The position numbers were made by a program, and so were the translations under genes. The notes under the pieces are model-generated. The model ran no database searches. It was not told the origin of the DNA and was given only the letters and a program-made list of their open reading frames with translations. From Polyangia bacterium (GTDB lineage: Bacteria; Myxococcota_A; Polyangia; JAAYKL01), in assembly GCA_050287845.1 (NCBI GenBank), contig JBNKCR010000009.1:1-52242 (forward strand): 52,242 nt of DNA, in the 5' to 3' direction. This document shows, piece by piece, positions 1 through 9,988 of this stretch. Every line of letters begins with the position of its first letter. Position 1 is the first letter of the stretch.

Positions 1-183
1 ACGTTGGTTCCGCTGGAAATGACGAGTCAATTGGTTGAGCGTACGACACCCGCTTTGGCATATCGAATATCACTTGGAGACGCGCAATGTCCGGGGCGAC
101 AGTGGGAGGAGCAGTTGCACGCAAGTCATCGTCGACCACCGACACGAAGTATAGAGGCGCACGGACGGTCCTCGACTTCTTGA
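1..183 (+). pseudogene. Truncated transposase fragment (ISKra4/IS256-like), running in from the window edge
   Basis: Frame 1 reads TLVPLEMTSQLVERTTPALAYRISLGDAQCPGRQWEEQLHASHRRPPTRS then stops at 181-183. It resembles, from memory, the VPLE..LVE..TPALAY..HR.PP.RS segment of myxobacterial IS transposases, which normally continue much further. Confidence 0.4.
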
Positions 184-240
184 TTGTTTCTCATGAAATG
201 CTTTCGATTCTGGCATCAAGGGCGATGTTTTCGCTGAAAA

Positions 241-338
241 ATCAACGCCATCACCAGCCCCACCACTCTCCAAAATAACTCGAATGATGAATAACCTGAC
301 CACCGCAAACCACCGCAACACCTCCCCAGACAATTCCT
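241..338 (+). repeat. Degenerate ~100-bp direct repeat, copy 1 (copy 2 at ~9888-9988)
   Basis: Shared blocks aaataactcgaat, accaccgcaaacc, cacctc and gacaa occur in the same order at both sites. Confidence 0.7.
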
Positions 339-543
339 GTTCCCATCCCCAAAGCTCAGTCACCGGAAAATGATACGCCCGAACATATCCAATCACCACC
401 CTACCCCGCTATTGAACAGAATTAAGCGAGCTGGATTTTTTCAATCGGGGCGACGAGGATGACACAGCCGCCGCAGTCAACACCCAACGCCACTACAGCA
501 CACCAAAACACAATCCCAAACCCGCGAAGACCATCTCGCCACA

Positions 544-2655
544 TCAGTATCGCTCACAGCCGCAAACGCCTTTGTGATGTGAACAACAGCCTCGGCCTCC
601 TCCGCATGAACAACTTGGCGACAGAGTACCATCGCAACATCGTGCACGACCATCAGACCATGCTGCACGTTTCATCGCCGCCACGCGTTCTCTTTCTGCT
701 CGTTTCTCAGCTCTGATACGGCGTTTTTCCTCCAGTTCCTGCTGCTTCTTCTCTCGCGCTATGCGTTTCTCCTCAATACGTTTTTGCCTTGCTGCTTCTT
801 TCTCTTCGGCAATACGTATCTGCTCAAGCTTCTTCTCCGTCCTGGTCAGTTCATCATTCATTTCCTGCTCAGCAACAGCGAACTGTTCGTCGGATACACC
901 TGCCACCTTCATAAATTGATACAGATTTTTAGTTTCAAGAATCAGACTATGTCTCGCTTGAGGTGCCTTCTCCTGCAGGATGAGCTTCCAATTTACTTCC
1001 AGTTTTTCGTTGCCGAGCAACATCGAACGCTCCGTTAATCCGGTAAGAACATTCGGACTCGCACCGTTATTCTTTGCAGCAGAAAAAGTATCAGCCACAC
1101 AACTGTGATTCATTGAATTTACACACGCTTCGGCATCATGAATCTTTGATACGAGCACTCTCGTCTTCAACCCCCTGTTCTCCAGCATATAGGACGGTAA
1201 CGAAGAAATCATGGCGTTCGCATCGGCATGTTTATTCTGACTTTGCAGGGACAGCAGACGCTCTGTAGACAGTTCGACAACCTGTGCGACCGCCCTCTTT
1301 TTAAATTCTGCTATTTGATAATCGTGCTCGTCAAATAGTTTATATGCCTCTTCGAAGCCTGATGCCTCAAGCTGCCGATTTAACAAAATCTGCTCTTTCA
1401 TACGCGCAGCATCATCAGACTGAATGTTCAGGTCAATGAGTACCTGACTCATTTCAAGCGCACCTTCAAAATCACCCGCATCAAACGAAACTTTCGCGTC
1501 ATCAAGCGAAGGCGCCCCTGTATTTGCTGCGACAGCCATACCGGACACGCATAAGATACATACTGCGCTCATTGCTATGATGGGGCCTATACGTTGTCGC
1601 AACTTCCGATGCATCAAAAATATTGTCAGAGGAATGGAAACAATCGCCCAAATAAAGGACGTCCACATGATGCAACTGGAATTTACAAGACACTCAAAAT
1701 ACGGATGCTGAGACAAATAGCTAATTCGAACAAAAAAACCGACGATGAGGGGTATCAACGCAACCAACCCCAGTGCGCCCAAGCGTAATTTAAGGGGACT
1801 CGACGAGCTGGATGTTTCAAACACATTCTGCCGTGGACCAGCAATTTCTATCGACGAATCAGTACCCAATATTCCAAAGTAAACTGTTGAAATCTGCCTT
1901 TCAAACAATTCAACTTTTATGCTGTGCAGTCGCTCATTGCATGGAGAAATATCTGAGGACAAGGCGTTGTCCTTCAACCATTGTTGAAAATTTTCTGGAA
2001 GTGTATCCGGCCTGCTTGCAATATGCTCCTCAACGGGAGAATCGGACGCATAACGTGTATCGATTTTCGTCGAACCACTAACTGTCCAGGGAGTTTTTAA
2101 TGCATCCTCTCCAAGAGGAAGAATTTTCGACCGGATAAAGGGCGACTCCCTGATCTCCAGCCAACGGTCAACTTTTCCTTTTCCGGCGCATTGCTCACAT
2201 TTTACCGTACCAGTACGACATTGACATTTCTTTTCGCCTCGCCCTCGGCATGCCTGGCAATGAACAACTCTGTTTCCATTTTTGGACATTGCTGTTCCAG
2301 AACCATTACAAGATGGGCATCGGACGTAAGAAGTTCCATTACAGACAGTGCAGTCAAGCCGTTTCTCACCGTAACACTTTGGACACTCTACCAACTGCGA
2401 TGTGTGTTCTCTGAGAGAATCAGTATCAACATCCCAGGGGTCAATCTCGTTTTCAGCAATTGGAATGTCCGTTTTTCTGGATCTGCTGGAGGTGACAGAA
2501 AGAACGGCCTCTATCGCCCTTGCTTTTCCTGTCCAGGTTGCCCTGACTGCCTGTTGATCAGCGTTAGCAACTTCTCTCACGATATGTTTGGCTTCACCAG
2601 GAAACAGCAAATATTTCCGGGCCCATTTTGAAAAAATTTTCAAGGCATTTGTCAT
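544..2655 (-). CDS. Membrane protein with DnaJ-type CxxCxGxG zinc-finger repeats, ~3 TM helices, helical/coiled-coil region and Cys-rich C-terminus
   Basis: CPKCYGEK, CTVCNGTS, CPSCNGSG, CQACRGRG, CEQCAGKG; three hydrophobic segments; charged coiled coil; C-terminal CCDGTLSPSCSCGGGRGCCSHHKGVCGC. AGGAGG RBS before the ATG at 2655. Confidence 0.8.
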   Translation of the reverse strand: MTNALKIFSKWARKYLLFPGEAKHIVREVANADQQAVRATWTGKARAIEAVLSVTSSRSRKTDIPIAENEIDPWDVDTDSLREHTSQLVECPKCYGEKRLDCTVCNGTSYVRCPSCNGSGTAMSKNGNRVVHCQACRGRGEKKCQCRTGTVKCEQCAGKGKVDRWLEIRESPFIRSKILPLGEDALKTPWTVSGSTKIDTRYASDSPVEEHIASRPDTLPENFQQWLKDNALSSDISPCNERLHSIKVELFERQISTVYFGILGTDSSIEIAGPRQNVFETSSSSSPLKLRLGALGLVALIPLIVGFFVRISYLSQHPYFECLVNSSCIMWTSFIWAIVSIPLTIFLMHRKLRQRIGPIIAMSAVCILCVSGMAVAANTGAPSLDDAKVSFDAGDFEGALEMSQVLIDLNIQSDDAARMKEQILLNRQLEASGFEEAYKLFDEHDYQIAEFKKRAVAQVVELSTERLLSLQSQNKHADANAMISSLPSYMLENRGLKTRVLVSKIHDAEACVNSMNHSCVADTFSAAKNNGASPNVLTGLTERSMLLGNEKLEVNWKLILQEKAPQARHSLILETKNLYQFMKVAGVSDEQFAVAEQEMNDELTRTEKKLEQIRIAEEKEAARQKRIEEKRIAREKKQQELEEKRRIRAEKRAERERVAAMKRAAWSDGRARCCDGTLSPSCSCGGGRGCCSHHKGVCGCERY

Positions 2656-2858
2656 GGCTATCTCCTCCTGCAAAAAACAGTGAGCGCCAAACATAGTTTC
2701 AATTCAACTTGCGGCTTTTTTCCGCATAAACTCAAAACCACCTTCAAAGTTTTCATAATTTTACAGTCAAATTTCACTATGGACAACGAAGCAAACTGCT
2801 GATTTTAATTGATTGCTATTGATTACCGCTGAAAATATTCAGGATTTAGCCGCTGCCA

Positions 2859-2904
2859 CCCAATAAAATGACCCAATAAAATGACTCCCAGCTATTTTAT
2901 TGGG
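2859..2904. repeat. REP-like element (CCCAATAAAATGACTCCCAGC family)
   Basis: cccaataaaatgacccaataaaatgactcccagctattttattggg, containing the inverted pair CCCAATAAAAT/ATTTTATTGGG. The core recurs at 3007, 4410 and 7237. Confidence 0.75.
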
Positions 2905-3006
2905 ACGCTTTCTTTGCGTATACCTTCGCGAAACTTTTCTGCTCATCAGTGCAAGGCGGTGGTTTTCGATTTCGACCAACTTTGCGTTTCTTTCGCATCA
3001 ACAACA

Positions 3007-3040
3007 CCCCAATAAAACGACTCCCAGCCACTTTCGTGGG
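3007..3040. repeat. REP-like element copy
   Basis: ccccaataaaacgactcccagccactttcgtggg. Confidence 0.75.
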
Positions 3041-3123
3041 TATTACAGGCGAATACTGCGGAGTACTGATGGCTGTTCTGGCATCAGCACAAATGCCGAA
3101 AAAAATTGGAAGTCTGTGAAGAA

Positions 3124-4227
3124 TCACATTACCAGCGCGTAGGCCACCGACCGACCTGACTTTTTGGTTTGCCTGAGGATGCCTTTTTGCACCAGATCAG
3201 CCAGGTCGCGTTTCGCGGTTTCGCGACTCACTTTAGTCATGCCAACATACTTGCGGTTGTTCAGACCACCTTCAAACCCACCGATGCCAGCATCCAACAA
3301 CCGTGTGATAACTTTGCGCTGTCGGTCGTTGAGAACAACCTCTCTGATGTTGGACCAGAACTTATCGACGTTAAATGCTTTGTCCATTTGCGCAAGTGAC
3401 GCTTCAATTGCGTGTTGTAGCGCAGTAAGAAACCACAGTAGCCATGGTGTGATATTCAACGAGCCTTTCTGGGTTTGCTCCAAAACCTCGTAGTACCGAT
3501 CACGGTCATTGATGATTTGCACCGACATGCTGTACAAGCGGCGACCGGTACCTTCGTCTTTTGCAAGTACATAATCGGTGATGGCCCGCGCGATACGGCC
3601 GTTGCCGTCGTCGAACGGATGGATAGTGACGAAGTATAAATGGGCAATGGCTGCGCGGACGATGCCGTCCATTTCTGTAGGTGGCTGATTTATCCATTTC
3701 ACAAATGCACCAATCTCTTCTTGCACCTGGGCAGACGGTGGCGCTTCGAAATGTACCGTCTCGCGACCGGCCTTGCCGGATACCACTTGCATCGGATCAT
3801 CACCAATACGCCATTTACCAACGCGGATTTCAAACATACCTGAGTATCCCGTTGGGAATAGCGCAGCGTGCCAGACCTTCAACCGCTTTTGTGTCATAGA
3901 GGCCGCATGCTGCTCCGTGGCATCCATCAGCACTTCAACCAACCCGTCAGCGTTGCGGTCGATACCTGGCATGCCGGCGGTGGGCAACCCGAGGCGCCTG
4001 GCAACGGACGACCGCACCCGCGAAGGATCGAGCCGTTCGCCTTCAATAGCGGCGGTTGTAACGGCTTCATCGGTAACGACTGACACGTTGGCTTCGAGGC
4101 CCATGCTATCGGCGCGAGACAACAGTTCGCCCTGCAGCTTGCGCACTTTACCCAGGGGAACAAGCAGCTCGTCGGCGTTCCACTTGAATTGCGGCCACTT
4201 TGCTTTTTGCCAGATGTACTTCTCCAT
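3124..4227 (-). CDS. Fic family protein (DUF4172-like N-terminus, Fic domain, C-terminal HTH)
   Basis: Fic motif HPFDDGNGRIAR; N-terminal YIWQ..WP.F.W; C-terminal SRETAKRDLADLV HTH. Confidence 0.95.
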   Translation of the reverse strand: MEKYIWQKAKWPQFKWNADELLVPLGKVRKLQGELLSRADSMGLEANVSVVTDEAVTTAAIEGERLDPSRVRSSVARRLGLPTAGMPGIDRNADGLVEVLMDATEQHAASMTQKRLKVWHAALFPTGYSGMFEIRVGKWRIGDDPMQVVSGKAGRETVHFEAPPSAQVQEEIGAFVKWINQPPTEMDGIVRAAIAHLYFVTIHPFDDGNGRIARAITDYVLAKDEGTGRRLYSMSVQIINDRDRYYEVLEQTQKGSLNITPWLLWFLTALQHAIEASLAQMDKAFNVDKFWSNIREVVLNDRQRKVITRLLDAGIGGFEGGLNNRKYVGMTKVSRETAKRDLADLVQKGILRQTKKSGRSVAYALVM

Positions 4228-4250
4228 AATGAATTAACTATATGGTCGGT

Positions 4251-4311
4251 TGACCCAATTAGCAACCCAAATGGGTCATATTGTGACCCATTTAATCACC
4301 TAAATGGGTCA
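4251..4311. promoter_or_regulatory. Two tandem 28-bp palindromic operator-like sites upstream of the Fic gene
   Basis: TGACCCAATTA-N6-CAAATGGGTCA (4251-4278) and TGACCCATTTA-N6-TAAATGGGTCA (4284-4311, perfect 11-bp arms). Confidence 0.7.
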
Positions 4312-4371
4312 GGGCAAGGGAGGTAATGGTTGTGGTTTAAAAGGAGAGAGGCAATGGGGGGCAATGGGGGT

Positions 4372-4407
4372 CAGGCCGCGACAGTTGACAGTTCTCGGTT
4401 CTTTCGC
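4372..4407 (+). repeat. 36-bp exact direct repeat, copy 1 (REP-like; copy 2 at 9846-9881)
   Basis: caggccgcgacagttgacagttctcggttctttcgc is identical at both positions. Confidence 0.9.
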
Positions 4408-4409
4408 AA

Positions 4410-4457
4410 CCCCAATAAAATGACCCAATAAAATGACTCCCAGCCACTTTTGTGGGG
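4410..4457. repeat. REP-like element copy
   Basis: ccccaataaaatgacccaataaaatgactcccagccacttttgtgggg, abutting the truncated IS66 tnpB. Confidence 0.75.
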
Positions 4458-4531
4458 CCATCGATTCCCTGGCGAAAATCCGCGGGTTTCACCGCCACCA
4501 GTATTTGCATGTGCGGTGTAATATGTATCAT
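4457..4531 (-). pseudogene. tnpB: IS66 accessory protein TnpB, N-terminal 25-aa fragment
   Basis: MIHITPHMQILVAVKPADFRQGIDG matches the IS66 TnpB start (..P.DFR.GIDG); ATGA overlap with the upstream orf; similarity ends at the REP-like element. Confidence 0.8.
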
Positions 4532-4926
4532 TGACGCATGCCCAGAAATACTGCCGCAACCTCTGATGCCATTTGCAAGTCCACGTTTTCCACAGAAAAT
4601 CGACATCCGTCCGGTCTGATTATTTCCATTAGTGCCCCGGATACTGAGGCAGACCTCGCTGAAAATATCTCCACAAATTTCGGTGGCGATTGCCGCGCCA
4701 GGTGTTTTTCATTTTTCCAATCCACCAGCTTTTTCAATCTCGTATAACTGACCACCACATTTTTTGCTACAGGATGAACACCATACTCCAGGGCCAGCCG
4801 AACCGCCTCGGTCCACAGCTCATCCGGCATCCGACGATGCTTTTTCTGCGCTCGCCACGCCTGCACTTTTTCCCACAGAAACACCATCGCTGCAGGTACC
4901 ATCTTCTGAATCAATACCTCTGTCAT
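4528..4926 (-). mobile_element. tnpA: IS66 family remnant: TnpA/OrfA HTH protein; no tnpC transposase in the window
   Basis: WR..KK.RRMPDELW.EAV.LA..YGV..VA.....Y..LKK and C-terminal FVEI...MEIIRPDG pattern, coupled to a tnpB start. Confidence 0.75.
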
Positions 4927-5190
4927 AACCTTTCAAAGCTGGCCTGACTTTACACCAAAATTTTTTCTGGATTCATGCACGCTCACCGGAAGGACTCGGT
5001 TTACAGGGGAAATGAATCACTTTTCAGCGAGTTTACAGGGCAGTTTTGAGATGTGCTCTAATTCTTTCTGTCGAAACTGGAACTTACAAATATGGCCCGA
5101 GAGTCCGATGATTATTGATAGACACGATCAAAATGGTACGCTTATGCGATAACGCATGATGCGTGCATAATAGGGAAAGGATCGGACAAT

Positions 5191-7137
5191 ATGAAACCAG
5201 AGTGGATGCGACGGATTGGGGTTTTATGTTTTTTGGTATTGGCTTGTAATGAAAACAGTGGGGGGCGGGATTCGAATACTGATAGTAAATCAACTGCCGA
5301 TACAGACGCAGACACTGACACAGACACTGACACTGATACCGAAACCGACGCACCAGGTGAGAATGACACAGATTCATCGTCCAATGGGACTGACACAAAC
5401 AGCCCATCCATTGGATGGATCCAATACAACGGCCAGTATGTCGCAGTTACTGATGACGTTGAGAACTGTCTGGACAGAGACTATGACAACCATAAGTCGC
5501 TCTTCTGCGGTGGTGATGATCTGAATGACATGAACAGCTCGGTAAACCCGAGTGAACCTGAAATCTGCGGAGATGGCTTTGATAACAATCAAGATGGTTT
5601 GACGGATTATGCTGACACTGTAAACTGTCAGCACGCAACTGCACCAAAAATCTATCACGTGAATGGCGCAACCGGGGACCCTGTAAATGGCACAGGATCT
5701 GAAGCCTCTCCGTTTGCAACTATTGCCCAGGCCAATGCGGTAGTAGCAAGCGGCGATACTGTCCTACTGTATGAAGGAGATTATGGGGATGTTCAACTCG
5801 CCTTTACCAGCAATCCCTATGACACGGTCGATGCGCTGGAAAACCGTCCACCCCTGTATACAGACTGGGTAACTTACAAGGCGGCTCCCGGGGCGGAGCA
5901 CCTTGCGCGGTTGGGGAGACTGGAAATTGGTAATCGTATAACGCCGAGCGACTATAACGATAAATATTCAAAAGACTCTGAATATGCCATTAGTGGGCCG
6001 CTCAATCCAACCCTGCGCGATTTTCGAATTCGCATAGAAGGTTTGACCATTGAGGATGGGGTTTCCATCCAGCATGGTCGATTCATTCATCTTAAAAACA
6101 ATATCGTAAACAGAATCGGCCCCATTTCCAGCGCCACAGATTGCAATGTTTACTTTGACAATACCGGGATAGAAATCGGTGGTCGGTATATCATCATAGA
6201 AGACAATGAAGTGACACACACGGCCCACGGAATTCATGGTGGTGCCCATGACGTAATTATCCGAAACAATCGCATACACCATATCACCCATGATGGCATT
6301 GGCCTTATTCTTGGCAGGAATTACCTGATAGAAGGAAATCAAATCTACAACACAGATGATGGTTACGACGACAATGTGGGTACAACCTGCAATATCCACT
6401 CTGATGGATTCCAGCCGTACATCATCACCTACGAGGCTGGCGCCAATATGGGCTACGACATTCGAAACGTCAGTTTCAAAAGAAACCTTGTCTATCACAC
6501 TGAGTCGATGATCATCATGCTGCAGTCGAGTCCCTATGCGGATTACACCAACTGGATGAGCGAAATCAAACTACGTAACTTCCTGTTTGAGAACAACATC
6601 TTTGGGCCATCTGGTGGATTTATGTTGAATATCATTGCGGATGGTTTTGACGGATTCATTTTCCGCAATAACTCGCTTCTCAGGATTGAAGGAGACTCCT
6701 ATGTCAGTGATCTGGGCCGCACTTTGCTGAGTGATAGTTTCTCCGTCAGGCTTACCGGTCCAGCCTCAGTCAAGTCGGCGATCTATAACAACATCATTCC
6801 TGAATTCATCGGGCTAAGCGATACCCTGGACTTCGCTGGCTATAACTATTACGACACACCATTCCTCAACTGGTATGACGACCTTGCATGGTATCGCGAC
6901 TGGGTGGGAGATCTCTTCCGGGAGGGCACAGATGCACCATATGTTACAAGTGATTTTTCGGGAAATCTGATTGACTACTCTCCGCTCATCAACACGGGCA
7001 CACGAATCAATGAAAACGGCATACCTCTCGATCTGCCAATCACCGAGGATTTCTATGGCAACCCGCGGGACAACCGCCCTGACCGCGGAGCGGTCGAGGT
7101 AACAGGCCTGAATCCAGATCATCAGATTGTGCATTGA
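5191..7137 (+). CDS. Lipoprotein with Asp-Thr linker, MopE-like metal-binding repeat and right-handed parallel beta-helix (polysaccharide lyase-like fold)
   Basis: Lipobox LVLAC; DTDTDTD linker; EICGDGFDNNQDG; GTGSEASPFATIAQA..GDTVLL; repeated IxNNxIH..xGI strands; HSDGFQ; C-terminal DFYGNPR..PDRGAVE. Confidence 0.85.
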   Translation: MKPEWMRRIGVLCFLVLACNENSGGRDSNTDSKSTADTDADTDTDTDTDTETDAPGENDTDSSSNGTDTNSPSIGWIQYNGQYVAVTDDVENCLDRDYDNHKSLFCGGDDLNDMNSSVNPSEPEICGDGFDNNQDGLTDYADTVNCQHATAPKIYHVNGATGDPVNGTGSEASPFATIAQANAVVASGDTVLLYEGDYGDVQLAFTSNPYDTVDALENRPPLYTDWVTYKAAPGAEHLARLGRLEIGNRITPSDYNDKYSKDSEYAISGPLNPTLRDFRIRIEGLTIEDGVSIQHGRFIHLKNNIVNRIGPISSATDCNVYFDNTGIEIGGRYIIIEDNEVTHTAHGIHGGAHDVIIRNNRIHHITHDGIGLILGRNYLIEGNQIYNTDDGYDDNVGTTCNIHSDGFQPYIITYEAGANMGYDIRNVSFKRNLVYHTESMIIMLQSSPYADYTNWMSEIKLRNFLFENNIFGPSGGFMLNIIADGFDGFIFRNNSLLRIEGDSYVSDLGRTLLSDSFSVRLTGPASVKSAIYNNIIPEFIGLSDTLDFAGYNYYDTPFLNWYDDLAWYRDWVGDLFREGTDAPYVTSDFSGNLIDYSPLINTGTRINENGIPLDLPITEDFYGNPRDNRPDRGAVEVTGLNPDHQIVH

Positions 7138-7236
7138 TCGTCGATGTAATTCGAATAAGCAGCCCTGATAAGGGATAACACAAATTTGTTCAGCAATGCC
7201 CCATCTATTGGCGTTTCAGGGGAAGAGCGCTACTTG

Positions 7237-7285
7237 CCCCAATAAAATGACTCCCAGCCACTTTCGTGGGCCACTTTCGTGGGGG
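7237..7285. repeat. REP-like element copy between convergent genes
   Basis: ccccaataaaatgactcccagccactttcgtgggccactttcgtggggg. Confidence 0.75.
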
Positions 7286-7292
7286 CACTACG

Positions 7293-8390
7293 CTATTTTG
7301 CCTGTGCGGCTTCTTCGTCAGTGTTCACTTCCGCCGTATCCGGCGCTTCGACTTCGGCAGTCTCTGTGTAAGCAGACTTCGGAGCGGCCGCAACGGGATG
7401 CTTTCTGCTGAGGAAAAAAGTCCCTCTGGCGAGAGGTACGTTTCTGGTTTCCAGACTGTTCACCCGCTCTGTAACGATGTATTGCACAAATATTCTGGTC
7501 CAGTCGGCATCCCATGTGTTCATATCGTCGTCTCTTTTTTGCAGCACTTCATCCAGTGGCTTCAGCGGCAACTGCATGGCGTACTCATTGGTGCTGCCAT
7601 CGTTGTTCACCGGAAACTCCCGATATTCCACACTGGTGCCGTCGAACTGAAATAATACCCGAATGTGATCCGGGCCGGAACGCTGATAAGTGTCTGGATT
7701 TACGTTGGTTACGCAGCCAACCGCTATTGATTCACTCATATCGCCGTATACCCATTGCAGATTGTCAAAATTCACATCGTCAGCGGATACCGGTGTGGCG
7801 CCAAACCAGCACTCACCCTTACCTGCCGTACTCACCGCATCTCGAACAGAACCCTGCCCAAACTCCTGAACCTCTTTGGCCTTGAAATTTTTCCATTTGT
7901 CTGTGGCAGCAGTAAATAACACATGCGGATCTTTCATGCGCGCAGTCATATATGACTTGCCGAGTACCGAGAAAACCGCAAGGGTCGAAGCTACCACGTC
8001 ATCCATTTTGTCCAGGGTGCTCAGCAGATTCTGCTCACGGGCCAGCGCGATTTCTTTTGCCAGCGTCTTAAAATCGCCACAGTATTCAGTGTAGGATTTC
8101 TTTTTCGCTTCGCACCTGACCAGTCCACGAGTCACTTCGTCGATCGCCTGCCACCACGCCAGACTCGCCGTTCTCAGCTCTTTTTCGGTGGTCGGAATGC
8201 CTGCTGCTTTTGCCTGTTCAAAACCTTCCTTTGCGCGGTTCAGCGTCTTTTCCCCTTCCGGTGTCTGCTTTTCAATGCCAAACAGTTTCATCGTGAAGGC
8301 GCATCCTGTCGTCAATGCCAGTGCCGTCAGCAAAGTAACAATCGCAATCGCCCGTTGAGCCGTTTTTCTGTAGTTCACCTGTGTTTGCAT
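7293..8390 (-). CDS. Hypothetical lipoprotein
   Basis: Long ORF; GGAG before ATG at 8390; signal peptide ending LTTGC; no family recognised. Confidence 0.7.
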   Translation of the reverse strand: MQTQVNYRKTAQRAIAIVTLLTALALTTGCAFTMKLFGIEKQTPEGEKTLNRAKEGFEQAKAAGIPTTEKELRTASLAWWQAIDEVTRGLVRCEAKKKSYTEYCGDFKTLAKEIALAREQNLLSTLDKMDDVVASTLAVFSVLGKSYMTARMKDPHVLFTAATDKWKNFKAKEVQEFGQGSVRDAVSTAGKGECWFGATPVSADDVNFDNLQWVYGDMSESIAVGCVTNVNPDTYQRSGPDHIRVLFQFDGTSVEYREFPVNNDGSTNEYAMQLPLKPLDEVLQKRDDDMNTWDADWTRIFVQYIVTERVNSLETRNVPLARGTFFLSRKHPVAAAPKSAYTETAEVEAPDTAEVNTDEEAAQAK

Positions 8391-8845
8391 CTTTTTCTCC
8401 ATGTGGTTGTTCAAACAGCGGACCATTTCATCATTGTGAAAAGGCACTCTCAATCAGTCGGCGCAAACAGCAAAGTCCCTGCCTCGCCGTGTACCCATTA
8501 CGCCGCGGCGAAAGGCATATCCAACATGAACCCAATGAGACAATACCGACAAATCAGTATTTTTGAGGTTTCACTGTAAAAAAGTCACCGCAGCGGAAAT
8601 GACAGCGCGGCGTTGGCCAAATCCAAAATGGGAATCCATGGATAATACACCCTCATAAAATCGGACTTGTTTTATTTATCCGTTTTAATCCCGAATAAAA
8701 CAGCGGAAATTTTCGATATTTTTATATTTATCACGCATTTAATGACTTCGTCGTCGCAAAAATTGAATTATAAGAGCGATACGAAAACGCGGTGCAATGG
8801 CACAGCAATCAGATACCCGCTTATGCAATAACAACCGGATACCCA

Positions 8846-9598
8846 ATGACCACCAGAACAGAAAAAGCGCAAAAGCTCAAACAGTACCTCGATTCTTTCG
8901 CTACCGGAAAACCCAACAGCTCAGGTATCAGTCTCGAAGAAGCCATTGAATACCTGTTTTTATCGCCCAGTCCCGGACTGGGGCTAAATCAGTTCGCCTA
9001 CACATTCAATATGGTCGAACAGACCGTCGAATGGGTTCGAGGCGTTAAAACCGTGCTCGGCTATGATGAAGAAACATTTGACTTCCAGGTGTTCCATCAG
9101 GCGGTTCACCCGGATGATCTGGAAAAAATGATGCGCGCCACCCTCGAAGCAGCAGAGCACGTCATCCAAAAAAAAGAGACGCATCCTTTGGCCGCGCAAC
9201 TGACTATCTCATACCGAATTCAAAAAGCCAATGGCGAGTACATTCACATTCAGGACGCCACATCATGTCTGTCAGTGGACAGCAACGGTATGCCACTCAA
9301 GGGCGTTTGCGTTTGTACCAACATTTCGCCGGTGCCGTTTACGGATGTGACAGCCCACCTCTCCTGCCCCTGCAGCAGCTTCACCACTTTTCAATGTTTG
9401 GAGGAATCAAAATCCGACTTCAGATTCACAAAACGCGAACTCGAAATCATGAAGTACATCGGCGAAGGCAAAAGCAGCGAAGAAATCGGCAAGAAGCTGT
9501 TTATTTCGAAATACACTGTCGACAAACACCGCAGCAACATTCTTAAAAAAGCCGGAGTCAAAAGAACTCAGGAACTCATCCAGTTTTTTATTCATTGA
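8846..9598 (+). CDS. PAS-domain LuxR-family transcriptional regulator
   Basis: PAS_3-type VHPDD and YRIQKANGEY; LuxR HTH FTKRELEIMKYIGEGKSSEEIGKKLFISKYTVDKHRSNILKK. Confidence 0.9.
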   Translation: MTTRTEKAQKLKQYLDSFATGKPNSSGISLEEAIEYLFLSPSPGLGLNQFAYTFNMVEQTVEWVRGVKTVLGYDEETFDFQVFHQAVHPDDLEKMMRATLEAAEHVIQKKETHPLAAQLTISYRIQKANGEYIHIQDATSCLSVDSNGMPLKGVCVCTNISPVPFTDVTAHLSCPCSSFTTFQCLEESKSDFRFTKRELEIMKYIGEGKSSEEIGKKLFISKYTVDKHRSNILKKAGVKRTQELIQFFIH

Positions 9599-9612
9599 AA
9601 TTCAGGAGAAAT

Positions 9613-9759
9613 TCAGGGTACACACAGCAGGAATTCGAACTCACTTTCCACGTTACCATCCGCATTGACAACAAACAGCCGATATTTGCCACTCTGCCCA
9701 GGCACTGCGTTCGACGTGGCATCACCATCCGCGTGGGTTATACCGCGTCCTTCTGCAAA
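9613..9759 (-). pseudogene. Orphan C-terminal fragment of a secreted protein gene
   Basis: Reads FAEGRGITHADGDATSNAVPGQSGKYRLFVVNADGNVESEFEFLLCVP* with no start. It resembles, from memory, C-termini of secreted beta-helix/carbohydrate-active proteins. The 5' side ends at a repeat-rich stretch (9760-9881). Confidence 0.4.
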
Positions 9760-9845
9760 ACGGGTACTTCCCCAGCTCTCCGCTCAGCTCTCCGCTCTCT
9801 CCCCTTTTCGAACGGTTTGAAATCAAGAGGACAAGGGGGTCGCAC

Positions 9846-9881
9846 CAGGCCGCGACAGTTGACAGTTCTCGGTTCTTTCGC
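9846..9881 (+). repeat. 36-bp exact direct repeat, copy 2
   Basis: Identical to 4372-4407. Confidence 0.9.
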
Positions 9882-9887
9882 TGTATG

Positions 9888-9988
9888 ACTAACGCTACCA
9901 CCACTCCCACCTCTCCCCCCAAATAACTCGAATTATAAATCCTCCCCACCACCGCAAACCGCTGCATCACCTCGCCCTGACAACTGAC
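9888..9988 (+). repeat. Degenerate ~100-bp direct repeat, copy 2
   Basis: Colinear similarity to 241-338. Confidence 0.7.

Noticed and set aside
2859..7285. Recurrent ~30-bp repeats as CRISPR repeats or integron attC sites
   Set aside because: Spacing is irregular (0.1-3 kb), there are no RYYYAAC/GTTRRRY boxes and no integrase, and the intervening genes vary in orientation.
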